Source: Dimorphilus gyrociliatus (lineage: Eukaryota; Animalia; Annelida). Taken from it: a stretch of DNA of 64,000 nucleotides. The notes under the pieces are model-generated. The model was not told the DNA's origin. It made no database searches and worked only from the letters and a program-made list of their open reading frames with translations. The position numbers and the translations under genes were made by a program. The DNA lies in the NCBI GenBank assembly GCA_904063045.1, contig CAJFCJ010000028.1, positions 62,001 through 126,000 of the forward strand, read 5' to 3'. Shown in pieces: positions 29,601 to 40,500 of the stretch. Numbering within the stretch: position 1 is the stretch's first letter; each line of letters begins with the position of its first letter.

Positions 29601-32600
29601 ATATAATTTTGTTTTCTATGTCTACAATTACATTTTAATTGCGTGTGTGTTGAAATTTATAGTCAAGAGAACCTCGACAAATCGAAATAGAAGTTGGGGG
29701 AGAAATCGAAGTACATAAGATCCTTGCTATATTAGATTTCAACAATGTTCGTAAAAGAATGTCTGTTATTACGGAAAAGGATGGACAAATTAGATTATAC
29801 TGTAAAGGAGCGGATACAATGATTTTTCAACGACTTTCCCCGGAGTGCGAAGAACTAAAGACAATCACAATTGAACATCTAGATGTAAGTTTGCTGATCT
29901 ATTTTAAAAAGAATAGTTTTTTTTTTATAAGTCTATAAATCGAATAACAGGAAATAAATGAGAGGAAATATGCAAATTTATACTTTTATCTTTCTTTTCT
30001 CAGGAATTCGCTGGGGAAGGACTGAGAACTCTCTGTTTGGCTTATAAAGACATCGATAAGCCCACTTTCGATGAATGGATGGAAAAGTTTGATGAGGCTG
30101 CATCAGCTTTAGAAAATCGAGAAGAACTCCTCGACGAAGTTTACGAGGAAATTGAGCAAAATATGACGCTTATCGGAGCGTCTGCTATTGAGGACAAGCT
30201 TCAAGACGGTGTTCCAGAAACGATTGCCAATTTAGCCCTTGCTGATATCAAGATTTGGGTTTTGACAGGTGATAAGCGTGAGACCGCAATCAATATTGGC
30301 TACAGTTGTAAACTATTAACGGACGAGATGGCAGATATATTTGTTATTGAAGAAGATGATGAAAATTTAGTGAGAGAGGGTCTCAAATCGGCGTATAACA
30401 AAATAAAAAACTTTAATAGTAAAACCAACCAAAAGCCTGGTCAAGAAGGAAATCATTTCACCAATCCCCAAATGAACATTGGCGATTCACAGGCTCATGG
30501 AGGTTTCGCACTAGTCATAACAGGAACAAGTTTATATTATGCATTACAAAAAAATATGGAAAAGTTGTTTTATGAAACTGCTTCTTCATGTAAAGCTGTT
30601 GTTTGCTGTCGAGTTACACCAGGTCAAAAAGCTTTGGTTGTATCCCTTGTTAAGAATTACAAAAAAACTATTACACTTGCAATAGGAGATGGAGCTAATG
30701 ACGTTTCAATGATTCGAGGTTAGTGGACGTTTCTTTCTTCTGTATTTAGAAAGATATGTCTTTCACCTATCTTCTTTCTTGTCCGTCTTACTTCCTATAT
30801 TATTTATATAAAATGGAAATTTTACATTCCTCGAAAGATTTTCATCATTCTGATAGATCATGCGATGGAGCGTGTTATTGTAGCCATTATAGTATCATAT
30901 GAAATGTCTAGCAATATCTCTAAAGATATTGTTACCTTTATCTATTTGACTTTAATTATTTAATTTATTACTTAATCGTTGAAATAAATTATTAATGCTT
31001 TCTTTTTTTTTATTTATATACAGAAGCCCATATCGGAGTGGGTATAAGTGGACAAGAAGGAATGCAAGCCGTCTTAGCATCTGACTTCTCCTTGGCGCAG
31101 TTTCGTTTTCTAGAACGTTTGTTATTGGTTCATGGACGATGGTCTTACTTGAGAATGTGCAAATTTATGAAATATTTCTTTTACAAAAATTTCGCATTTA
31201 CTTTATGCCATTTTTGGTTCGCCTTCTTTTGTGGATTTTCTGCACAGGTATTAAGAATATATAATCTCTTTCTTTCTCGATTTTATTACATAAAAAAACG
31301 TATGAAACTATTTTCCTTCTTTTTTTCACTAAGTGAAGTCAAAAAGTTATCACGAGTGATATATTTTTACCGGATTATATAAAGAATTAGGCACAATCAA
31401 TATTTATTATCATTGTCATCAATTTTAAGTGCATGATTTTTTTTTTAAGATGTAAAATTTTAATTTCCAGACGTTATTCGATCCGTTTTTTATCTCCTTC
31501 TACAACGTTCTCTACACATCTTTTCCAGTTTTAGCATTGGGGATTTTTGATCAGGTAAAATAAATGAAAATATCGGAAATTGGAACGTTGTCATGTTTTT
31601 TTCTTTTCAATTAATATTGAATTGCTTTGCATATTCCTTCTTTTTAATTTTGGGAATGTGATTGCTCTTTTCTTCCTTCTTCTATTTGATTTTATTCATT
31701 TACACTTATTTTTTTTTACTTACTTTCAGTTTCTACTAAATGAGTCTCTTCTCATTTTTAATATTTATTTCCATTGTAGCTTTAACTATCCCTTTTCCAG
31801 GCTTTTTATGACGAAGTGTTTATTTCTCTCTACAATGTCTGCTATACTTCTCTTCCTATCCTTGCTCTTGCTGTGTTTGAACAGGTTTCCCTTGTTTGGT
31901 TCCCATCCCTCTCTTTATTCCGTACACTTTTATTCTTCTTTTTTTTTATTTTTTTTTTGCAGCATGACAATAATGGCTCCAGATAGCTTACCCCTAAAGA
32001 ATAACTGTCACTTTCTATTTAACAATGCTTTCTCTTTACTTTTCTTTTTCTTAGAAACTAACTTTTTTATAAGCTTGTCATCTTTTGTATTGTTTCCCTT
32101 GCGAAAAAATATAGAGAAAGAAATGATTCTAAAATTTAATTACTGTCACTTCTTTCTTTTCAAGGGAAAAATTATTTGAAAATCTTTAGGAAAGAGAGTC
32201 TTTTCACTAGTTTTTCTTTATTTTCTGGTAAAAAATTTGAAATCTCATAAATTTTTTATAGTTTTCGATAGAGTTTGTATAATAAGACGTTCTAATTTAT
32301 TTAATAATGCAAAAAGAAAGCAAAAATACCGATTATAGACTTTAATAGATTTCTCTTTTCTAAGACATAAAATCAAAAGATAAACAACTAAATTGGATTA
32401 ATTTTAAGATAAATATCTTGAGCTAACGAAAACGAATAACTTATTTGCAGGATGTAAACGAACGCTACTCTCTGCAATATCCGAAATTGTACAAACCGGG
32501 ACATTTGGATTTATTATTTAATAAGAAAGTCTTCGCGCAATCAGTTGGTGAAGGAGTACTTTCATCTCTTGTACTTTTCTTTATTCCATACGGAGCTTTT

Positions 32601-33236
32601 CACGATGCTATTCGACCGAATGGCCACGATCTTGATTCTCATAATGTGTTAGGTGTTGTCGTAGGTCCGTTTACTTTAACGATAATTGAAGGAGGGTAAA
32701 ATAATTGATTATTTTTCTTTGAAGGCTCAATTTTAATTGTTGCCATGACGATACGATGTGCTTTGGATACTGCGTATTGGACTGGGCTTAATCATTTTGT
32801 GATCTGGGGATCGATTCTTTTCTATTTTGGATTTACTTTCCTATTTTATATCGATACCTGGGGATATTCTTACTTGGGAACAGCACGTCAATTGATGAGC
32901 ACTGGTCTTTTCTGGTTAACTCTATTGCTTACTGTGGTCATTATAATACTGCCAGTAATAGCTGAGCGGTTTTACTACATCGACACCCGTCCGACATTGA
33001 CAGATAAAATTAGATTGAAGCAGAAGATTAGCAAGAGTAAGTCAGCATCTAAAGAATTGACCCGAAGTCAATTCTTGAGACGTTCTAATAAAACGCTGCG
33101 AAGAAGTGGCTATGCATTTGCCCACGAAGAAGGTTTTGGAAAACTTATCACATCCGGTGTAATGAGACCATCAACTGCGGGATCTTTTAGATCAAGAAAA
33201 AGCGCGAGACGGAGAACCTCAGTTGCCGTCAATTAA
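20700..33236 (+). CDS. ATP8B: P4-ATPase phospholipid flippase, ATP8B subfamily
   Basis: Exons 20700-20718 (probable start), 22751-22809, 23925-24038, [one of 24183-24281 / 24943-25041 / 25243-25341], 28326-29591, 29663-29884, 30004-30718, 31024-31247, [one of 31471-31554 / 31801-31884], 32451-32664, 32725-33236. Motifs [33 protein letters not shown], and C-terminal [13 protein letters not shown]. Confidence 0.95.
21965..22672 (+). CDS. Orphan 235-aa ORF inside an early ATP8B intron; alternative N-terminal exon or nested gene
   Basis: Coding-like composition from ATG 21965 (the ORF-track start at 21647 adds low-complexity sequence). A phase-1 donor at 22659 would join ATP8B exon 22751 in frame. 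Confidence 0.55.
   Translation: MTKQKEDRSPSLSSVTSSSVLLNNDQLTPRIDVGLVTSDQNDIPLNQLVRSKASLDKNHSRRRSKKLRKKASVKLDSYIDDLNYSKVVKTLPKTNNTVKERGTQTLNNTPSERNILDIRDYYKQLDEEKRIKEEEEAKLAKEEEQEQTEKNEKDSQLKEIIESIANHEKGVCKIELVHQLLGLKYDDGCLNIKVECACETCTYKIDEMPSKMDNKWTQTRIKTNKIIPILTSTRN
24183..24281 (+). other. ATP8B TM2 alternative exon A ([33 protein letters not shown])
   Basis: 99 nt, phase 0/0, ttgcag acceptor, gtaagc donor. Confidence 0.9.
24943..25041 (+). other. ATP8B TM2 alternative exon B ([33 protein letters not shown])
   Basis: 99 nt, phase 0/0, caatag acceptor, gtaagt donor, homologous to exon A. Absent from the ORF track. Confidence 0.88.
25243..25341 (+). other. ATP8B TM2 alternative exon C ([33 protein letters not shown])
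   Basis: 99 nt, phase 0/0, atacag acceptor, gtaagt donor, homologous to exons A and B. Absent from the ORF track. Confidence 0.88.
31471..31554 (+). other. ATP8B TM6 alternative exon A ([28 protein letters not shown])
   Basis: 84 nt, phase 0/0, ttccag acceptor, gtaaaa donor. Confidence 0.88.
31801..31884 (+). other. ATP8B TM6 alternative exon B ([28 protein letters not shown])
   Basis: 84 nt, phase 0/0, ttccag acceptor, gtttcc donor, homologous to TM6 exon A. Confidence 0.85.
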
Positions 33237-33963
33237 GCGGTTTGTTGTAAGAAGAATATTGTTCTGTTAGAGGAAAAATCTAAGAAAGTAAGCCATGAAT
33301 ATAATTTACTCAATCTCTTTCCTCTCTCGAATTTTTTCTCAATATTTTGGGAGAATTGTACAAATGCTATAAATAATAAACTTATTCATTTGTTAAAAGA
33401 AAACAATCTAAAAAAGTAATTTAAGTGGGAGGGGAGGGAGTTTATAATCCAATACGGACAGCTACAAAAAAAATATATTTAGTTAATTTTTTTTTTATAA
33501 TATTGTTAGTTTTTCATTGGTTAAAGGTCAGTTTTAAGGGCATTTTAGCGGAGGAAAGTCCATTAATAGAGAATTAGCATAAAATAAGTTCGTATGTGAA
33601 TGTACATATATATTTATATATGGACATACATATACAGTATAATATATATTACATCTAGCAACTAATGTAGTTGGAAAGAAAGAAAAAAAGGGACGAATCT
33701 ATATAATCTTTCTTCTTTTCTTTTTCTCAAATGGCCATAAAACTTTAGTGTGATTTCTTTTTTAAAACGAATAATTCCTTTTTTTCTAACTGTGATTTAT
33801 TTCTATTGCTTTGTTTCTTTTTCGTGTTAATCTTTGAATAAAGAAAAACACGGTTTGGCAATTACTTTCAAGCACGTAAGCAACTTTTTGTGATTCACTA
33901 TGCAAATTTATAAATAAACTTTATAATATAGTTCTTGTTCTAAATATGTATATGTATATATAG

Positions 33964-33983
33964 TATACTGTATATACAGTATA
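33964..33983. repeat. Perfect palindrome TATACTGTATATACAGTATA; member of a dispersed TA-CAG-TA/TA-CTG-TA motif family
   Basis: Read directly. Related perfect palindromes at 15997-16014 and 50577-50598. Confidence 0.85.
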
Positions 33984-34568
33984 TATATATATATATGTAT
34001 ATATATATTTAAACAATTGCATTTAATTTTTTATAATGAAAGATTTTTTCTGAACGGAATGACTTATGAAATAGTTATTTGAAATATTTAAGAAAAAGTA
34101 TGTACATATAACAAGCATGTTTGTACGTATTGAATATGTATGAGTTTATAGAAAATCTTATATGTATATGCTTGCAAAGTTTATGAAATGTGAATCTTAC
34201 GTACTATACATAGTAATGCAGATAATAAACTAAAATATACTATTTTCTCGTCTTTCTTATACATACATAATAGATGTACGTAAACAATTTTATTCAAATA
34301 TAATTGTAACAAAACTAGTGACCTCTCATGGGGATTTCCCTTTTTCCTCCCAACCGCAAGGTTTTTCATAACGTTTTCTTATAGGCTAAATTGTGCTATT
34401 GAGAAAGAAATAACGATCTGATTTTAGAAAATAGATAAAATATTTTATCATTTAGAAAAAGTAAAAACTTGATATTTTATTTAATATAAAAGAAATAAAT
34501 GATTCATTGAAATAACATTTAATCATGACGTAAGCTTAGGAATTGTCTTAAATAAAATGTCTTTTCTT

Positions 34569-37500
34569 TTAAATTATTGTAGTGTCTTGCGGTTGAACGA
34601 TTCGCATGTTTCGTCGTCTTCGACGTCTCCTCGAACCAGTTTGAGACGTAAAAGTCACTTTTCTTTCAACTATTTCAAACGGCCTTAAACAAAACGCCTG
34701 TAATGATAAGAGAATTTAAAGGGAAATTGTAAATTTGCAATTCCAAGGTTTTTCGTTTAAGCTCATACTGTATTTGAATTAATAAGTCGAATAATCCCTA
34801 CATCTATTGAGAATTAAACAAGAGATTGTAACCGAAATTTATACAGAATAACCTTTGTTGAGTATTTTCAATTAAAGAGTCAAGTTAATTAGTTATCTAG
34901 TCAATAATTATCCCAAACGTCATCAATTTGCTGCCCCCTTAAAAGGAAAGGCTTCTCTTTTGGGCTTCTCAATTAACCGTAAAACTTGCTTTTTTTTTTT
35001 TAATTCAGTATAAGCCTAAAAGTTTCTTTATCTTGATATTTTGCTAAATTGGAATACACTTAGAAAGAAATCCATTCCAATAGGCGGTAGGGGGTGGAAA
35101 GGAGAAAATAGACAGGGGTTATAGAAGTACGAAAAAATAGATGAAGAAAGAATGTTTTCAACTTTGAAATTTTCACTAATTGCATTCCGAATTTCGTTGG
35201 AACTCTTGGTAGTTTCTAATTGACTAAAATGCCTCATCTTCACTTGAAAACCGTCGTTTTATTAAACAAATAAAATTTGTACGCTATTTATACAAATCGA
35301 TGGAAAGACTGGAATAGATTAACTCTCCTACTTGGACCTCTATAAACAACTTTTAAAAGCGACCGAGAACAGCTTTAGCAAGTCGTATTTCGTTTCATCA
35401 TTGGTAAATCGAGATAAAAATACAGAAAATTCTCTTACCCTATCCGATGGAAGGAGTATAAAATTATGCGGTGGATTCGTAATAACATATCTCTTAGTGG
35501 TAGATGGCTGTCCAGGATCTCTTAATCTATAAAGCCCAATACATAAAATACTATAAGTCCTTAAGGCGGCAGTAAATAAATCCCCATATCTGCCATTATC
35601 CGCAAATTTGACCAAAGGCCCGTCGTAAAGTGACAATTGAGCTACTCTGCACCTGTGTCTATTCGTGAAAGTTGTGAGATCGCATACTCCTCCCCTCATA
35701 CCCATTCCCTCGGCTAGAATTTGCTCCAATTCAGGCGTTGCTCCCCCAGTTATTAGAGTTCTTATTAAAGTCAATGCATTGTCGTTGAAATAAGTTGTTG
35801 ACATGAGAGAATCTAAGACAGAAACCGCAAAAGCATTTCCACAAGCAAAAGGCTGAGTGATGTACAATTCCGTATTCGGATCGTCGTCATCGTCCTAAAA
35901 ATAAAATAATGAAAAAGCATTAAATTTCAAATTGGTTTAACGGAATAAATCAATTACAGACTTTGCAGGACAAATTAACTTCTTTTCTAATATCTAAACA
36001 AACATTATTACTATTATATAATGACGTTTCTATTCAAATATCAAATATACCGACAAAAAGAATTTGTAAGAATACTAAAAACTCCTTCTACGATCTAGCC
36101 TCAGAACATGGAAAATGAGAATAACGAACAACTACGTTACATAGATTAAATATACCTTCTAGTCATTCGGTTTGCAATTTTAAAACCTTTATTAGTTTAT
36201 TATGTTCAGTTACATATCTAAGTACATAATATAGATAATCTAGTCGTTTAGATCAAGATCTTCATCGTTATTTTATCTTCTGTTCTCTTTCATATCATAA
36301 AATTCGATGCAAAGATTATCCTTACCTGATCTAAGAATTGTACGTTCGCATCATTTCCTAATTCAGTTATCATAGGTATATCGATTCCTTTTTGGTCTTC
36401 AAATGTCATTGCTTTAATATTTAAAGAACATAAAATAGCTTCCTTGTCTACAAGACTAGAATCATCAACAGCTCTCCTAGAACTTAGAATAACGCACATA
36501 TCGCATAGATGTACGTTTACTGCTCTCAAATTCGCCCTATTCAAAGGAGATCCGTCTAAAATCACTATTTTCGGAAAGTTTGATAAAGTTTTCCATTCTT
36601 TTCTTATATATTCTCTATCACCAACAAGAATAATTTCCTTTAATTCGTTGAGATGAAAATTCGACGCTCTTAATGGCATAACAAAATTTCTCAGACCTAT
36701 GAATTTGGAAAGAAAACATACAAATATTATTCAAACGCAAAAATAAACGATTGCCTTCAAGAAACTTATGTTATCTTTTATTGTTTAATTTACGAAAATA
36801 CTTATATATATATATACTGTATTTATGGAATAACTGCATAGAAACAACTGTAAGCTTCTTACAAGGAATAGGCCTATTACGATTTGCAAATCCTAAAAAG
36901 GTAGTTCGTATACTAAGTCTTATTCTATTTCCCTCGGCACTTTATCAAATAACTAGGCCTAACACCAAGAACCGTCAAATCAGCACTACGATTTCATCGT
37001 TAAAAAGCTACATTGCCTTTGGTTGCAATGATCACGGCTTCACAGATATTAGAAGAAAGAAGAGAACAATAGAATGAATAAAAAAGACAAAAAAGCTAAA
37101 GCTTTGTACTGGGAATACCATTTGGAGATTTATATTTCTCATATAGCCATAATTGAAAGAACTTTAAAGTTTTTTTCCCCTATTCAGTTTATAGAAACTT
37201 TTCCATATTTTGACTTTGAAATATAAACCAAATATAAAGAACTAGTCGAATTATCTGTTTTAAGTATTTTAGCATTAAAAAATTATACATATACTAGTAA
37301 TATAGCAATTATATTATCTATGAAACAAAAGAAAAGAAACAGAAAGAAATAGAGCTGGAAGATTAATAGCTTGAAAAATTAAAAATAGGAATCATAAGGG
37401 CAAAAGGTAAAAGTTCAGTGAAAGATAAATGAGAAAAAGGAAAATTATCTATAAATCTTTGAAAATGTTTGTTGTTCTTTCTATTTCTTTTGCGTCTTTG

Positions 37501-40500
37501 ATTCTAAGCTTTATGCGGAAAAATATATAGACATTTCTCTTGATCCGCAAGAGAGTGTAGATAATAGATGTGCGCTATGTAACAGATGCTGTAAATGTAC
37601 TATTTATTAATGCTATAAGATAGTATATGGCATTTGGGAAAGAAATGATATATAACTTATCTTCTAACCTTAAAAAATGTTTAGCACCGATAGGTAAAAA
37701 CATCTACTAATTGGTAAAAGAGTATATCAACGTAAACGTAACTTACCGATTAGCGGAGAAGTAGCATCGGCAAATATACAAACGACAACGTGATTCCTAA
37801 AAGAAAGATTAGCAGCCTGTTCTCTTTCTATGATGCACGAGTGAATTGCTCGTTCTTGGCACCAATGGAACATTCCGGTTGAATCCAATAGCTTTGTATC
37901 AACGGTAATATCTTCGTGCGTAGTTGAGGTTTTCGTTTGTGTCGTGCTATCTATAACTTCGTAATCAAATGCAGGTACAGAGGCTGTCTGACCAGATGGT
38001 ACACGGCACTTGCATCTCTTTATAGCTCTTTCCTCTTCAACATCAAAATGACATTTGACGCAATAGTAGCAGGCTCTTTTAACCTCGTCTGCGCTTTCGG
38101 CGATAAAGAAACCCTGCGTATCAGCCTCAATACGTACATTTACGCCTGGATTGATAGCTATACATGAATCTGTTTGAGTTTTAGATCTGTAATTCCTCGC
38201 TTCGATCGCTATTAATAACAATTTTAGTTTAACAAAGCAGAGCTCCGCAGCCTCTGGAAAGTTTAGACCTACAAAAGCTGGACTGAGGTATTCTGTATAC
38301 ATTTCCATGCCAGTGCCTCTTAGGTAATCGTTTTGCCAGTGTGCTCTATCAGACCCAGATTTAAAGGCTCGCATAGTAAATAAATTAGCCATCAGTGTCG
38401 AAAAACCGGGAGCTAAGACTGATTGCGCAATAAAACCCAACTTAAGTTCCGCTAAGCAAACAGCGTCGTCACCCCTTTTCCAATCCCAACTAGGAATGTT
38501 TAAAAGATATGCTTTGTTATGATACTGCAATAGCTGAATGATAACTTTTATATCCGAATGGTAATTTTTTATTGAAATAACTCTCATTATGTTAGTTGCA
38601 TCTTCAGAATCGGGATCATCGCAGTATTTATTAGCTAAAACTAGGCAAGCATCAGCAGCCTTAATGGAAACTCTTTCCAAATCGTTCGAATCCATAACTG
38701 AACCTTGAAAGAATTCTACTTGAGTGAAATGTCGTTTAAATAGACCTTCCAACTCTAAATCAGGCTCTTTGCGGTGCATAATTACAAGTTGAACATCAAC
38801 ATCTTCACGGTCTTTGTGAAGAAAGTCTGACATAAAGTTGGATACTGATTCATAAGTTATATGACCACATACGATAATATGGCTGAAACACAAAAGAATT
38901 GTTAATTAGTACGGCTCTGTGTATGCTTGTGCACAAAGCATAAATCTATTCATCTTCTACAGCTGAATAAACGGTTTTCTAAGAAAAAATTGCGTTTCTA
39001 CTAATCAATAATTCTCTTGTCCCCTCTTTTCTATCTCTCTATGCGTCCTAAAAAAAATACCGTACAATCTCAAGTTTTTTAAAGTTAATTGTTGAGTTGA
39101 GACTATTTGATTTTGTTTTATTATTGTAGCATAAAAGATATCGCTACTTTGCTGTCACTCTTGGTCGATTCCGGATATTAAGAGATTAATTAAATATGCA
39201 AAAGAACGGTGTATACATAAACTATAGTGGCAAATTCGTACATAATCCTAGATAGTTGCTTTTTCTTCCTCTTTTCTCCTTTCTAAATTTTTCGACTATT
39301 CGATCGCCTGTATTTAATAGAATTGTGCAAAAACAAATTTTCCCCTTTATCTTTCCTCGACTCATCGTCTTATCTACTCTGTTAATAAAAGGTTATATTT
39401 ATAATATAATATATATATATATATTTATATATTATACATATATACTAATATATGGTATATATTTCTTATACACTTCGTAAATATTAGTCTGTTTGCCTAA
39501 TGTTTTTTTTCTCAAGTCCTATTCGTATAAAAAAAAATTAAACTAACTGATCTCAATATAAGCTATGTTTTCTATTAATAATACTATATGATAAATCGTC
39601 AACATTGTCGTGTTGATAGGCGTAATTCAAAATGGATCACGTGATTCTATTAAATACACTGGATTGAGTGAAAAAGCAAAGGTCGAAGGGTAGATTATGA
39701 AAAAAAAAAGCAGGAAGTTTATCTTACCGTTTTCCATGTTCCTTCTTATATGTGCCAGTATATTTACTAAAAGTGAATGATATATTTAGACTAAAATTAT
39801 TATTGTTGTGTACTTTACCTTCTAGTTCCTAGAATGTTTACGATTTCTGGAATTAAGTTAATTAAAGAATTTTAACAATCTATTCTCTAAAATTAAGCCT
39901 ACCTGGAACGAACGATGCGAACATAGCCTGCAAATAAAAACGAAATCTGTATAAATTATATATGGCAAACAATGTGGATGCACTTTTTAAACGATTCATG
40001 TGCCTGGCAAAAAAAATTTATACACTGTTGTATTTTTTGCAGTAGAAACATTATATATCAGTTTTAAACTTCAAGATCAATTGAATTATAAAAAGAAATT
40101 AGGTCGAAGTAGCTAGTTTTCTAAAAAGGGCCTATAAACTGGATAGCAGCTGGCGTGGCCTCCTAAACTTATATTTGTAGATCTATGTATATGTTATGCA
40201 GAGGACTAACCAGCATTTTACAAATTTATATATATATTGTATTTAGTTTATTCATGTCATTAGCTACTCTAAAATTGGTGACTAATTAAATTCTGTTTTT
40301 TTTTTTAATGGAACATTTCGAGATGGAAATTCTATTTGCAATGTGTTGAATATTAATAATTGTTATTAAACAATTTATTAGGTTTAATCACTTTTAACAG
40401 CTTGTTAATCCTTAATAATTGTTTCTTTTGGGAAGCGACTAATTGGTTTCCTTAAATAAACAAAGCTAGAGTAAAATTTTGGCTAATTTTGCAGTAAAAC

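Noticed and set aside
31580-32179. 199-aa Phe/Leu-rich ORF that looks like a membrane protein
   Set aside because: Arises from a T-rich intron; the real coding content is the 84-nt TM6 exon B in another frame.
35874-35876. Asp-to-Asn change after the Ca bowl (DDDDDPN vs DDDDDPD)
   Set aside because: The established Ca2+ ligands lie within the retained QFLDQDDDDD; likely minor.
36863-36892. 30-nt phase-1 cassette-like segment (tttag|...|gtaaga) in a Slo intron
   Set aside because: It would interrupt the conserved [14 protein letters not shown] motif; probably cryptic splice sites.
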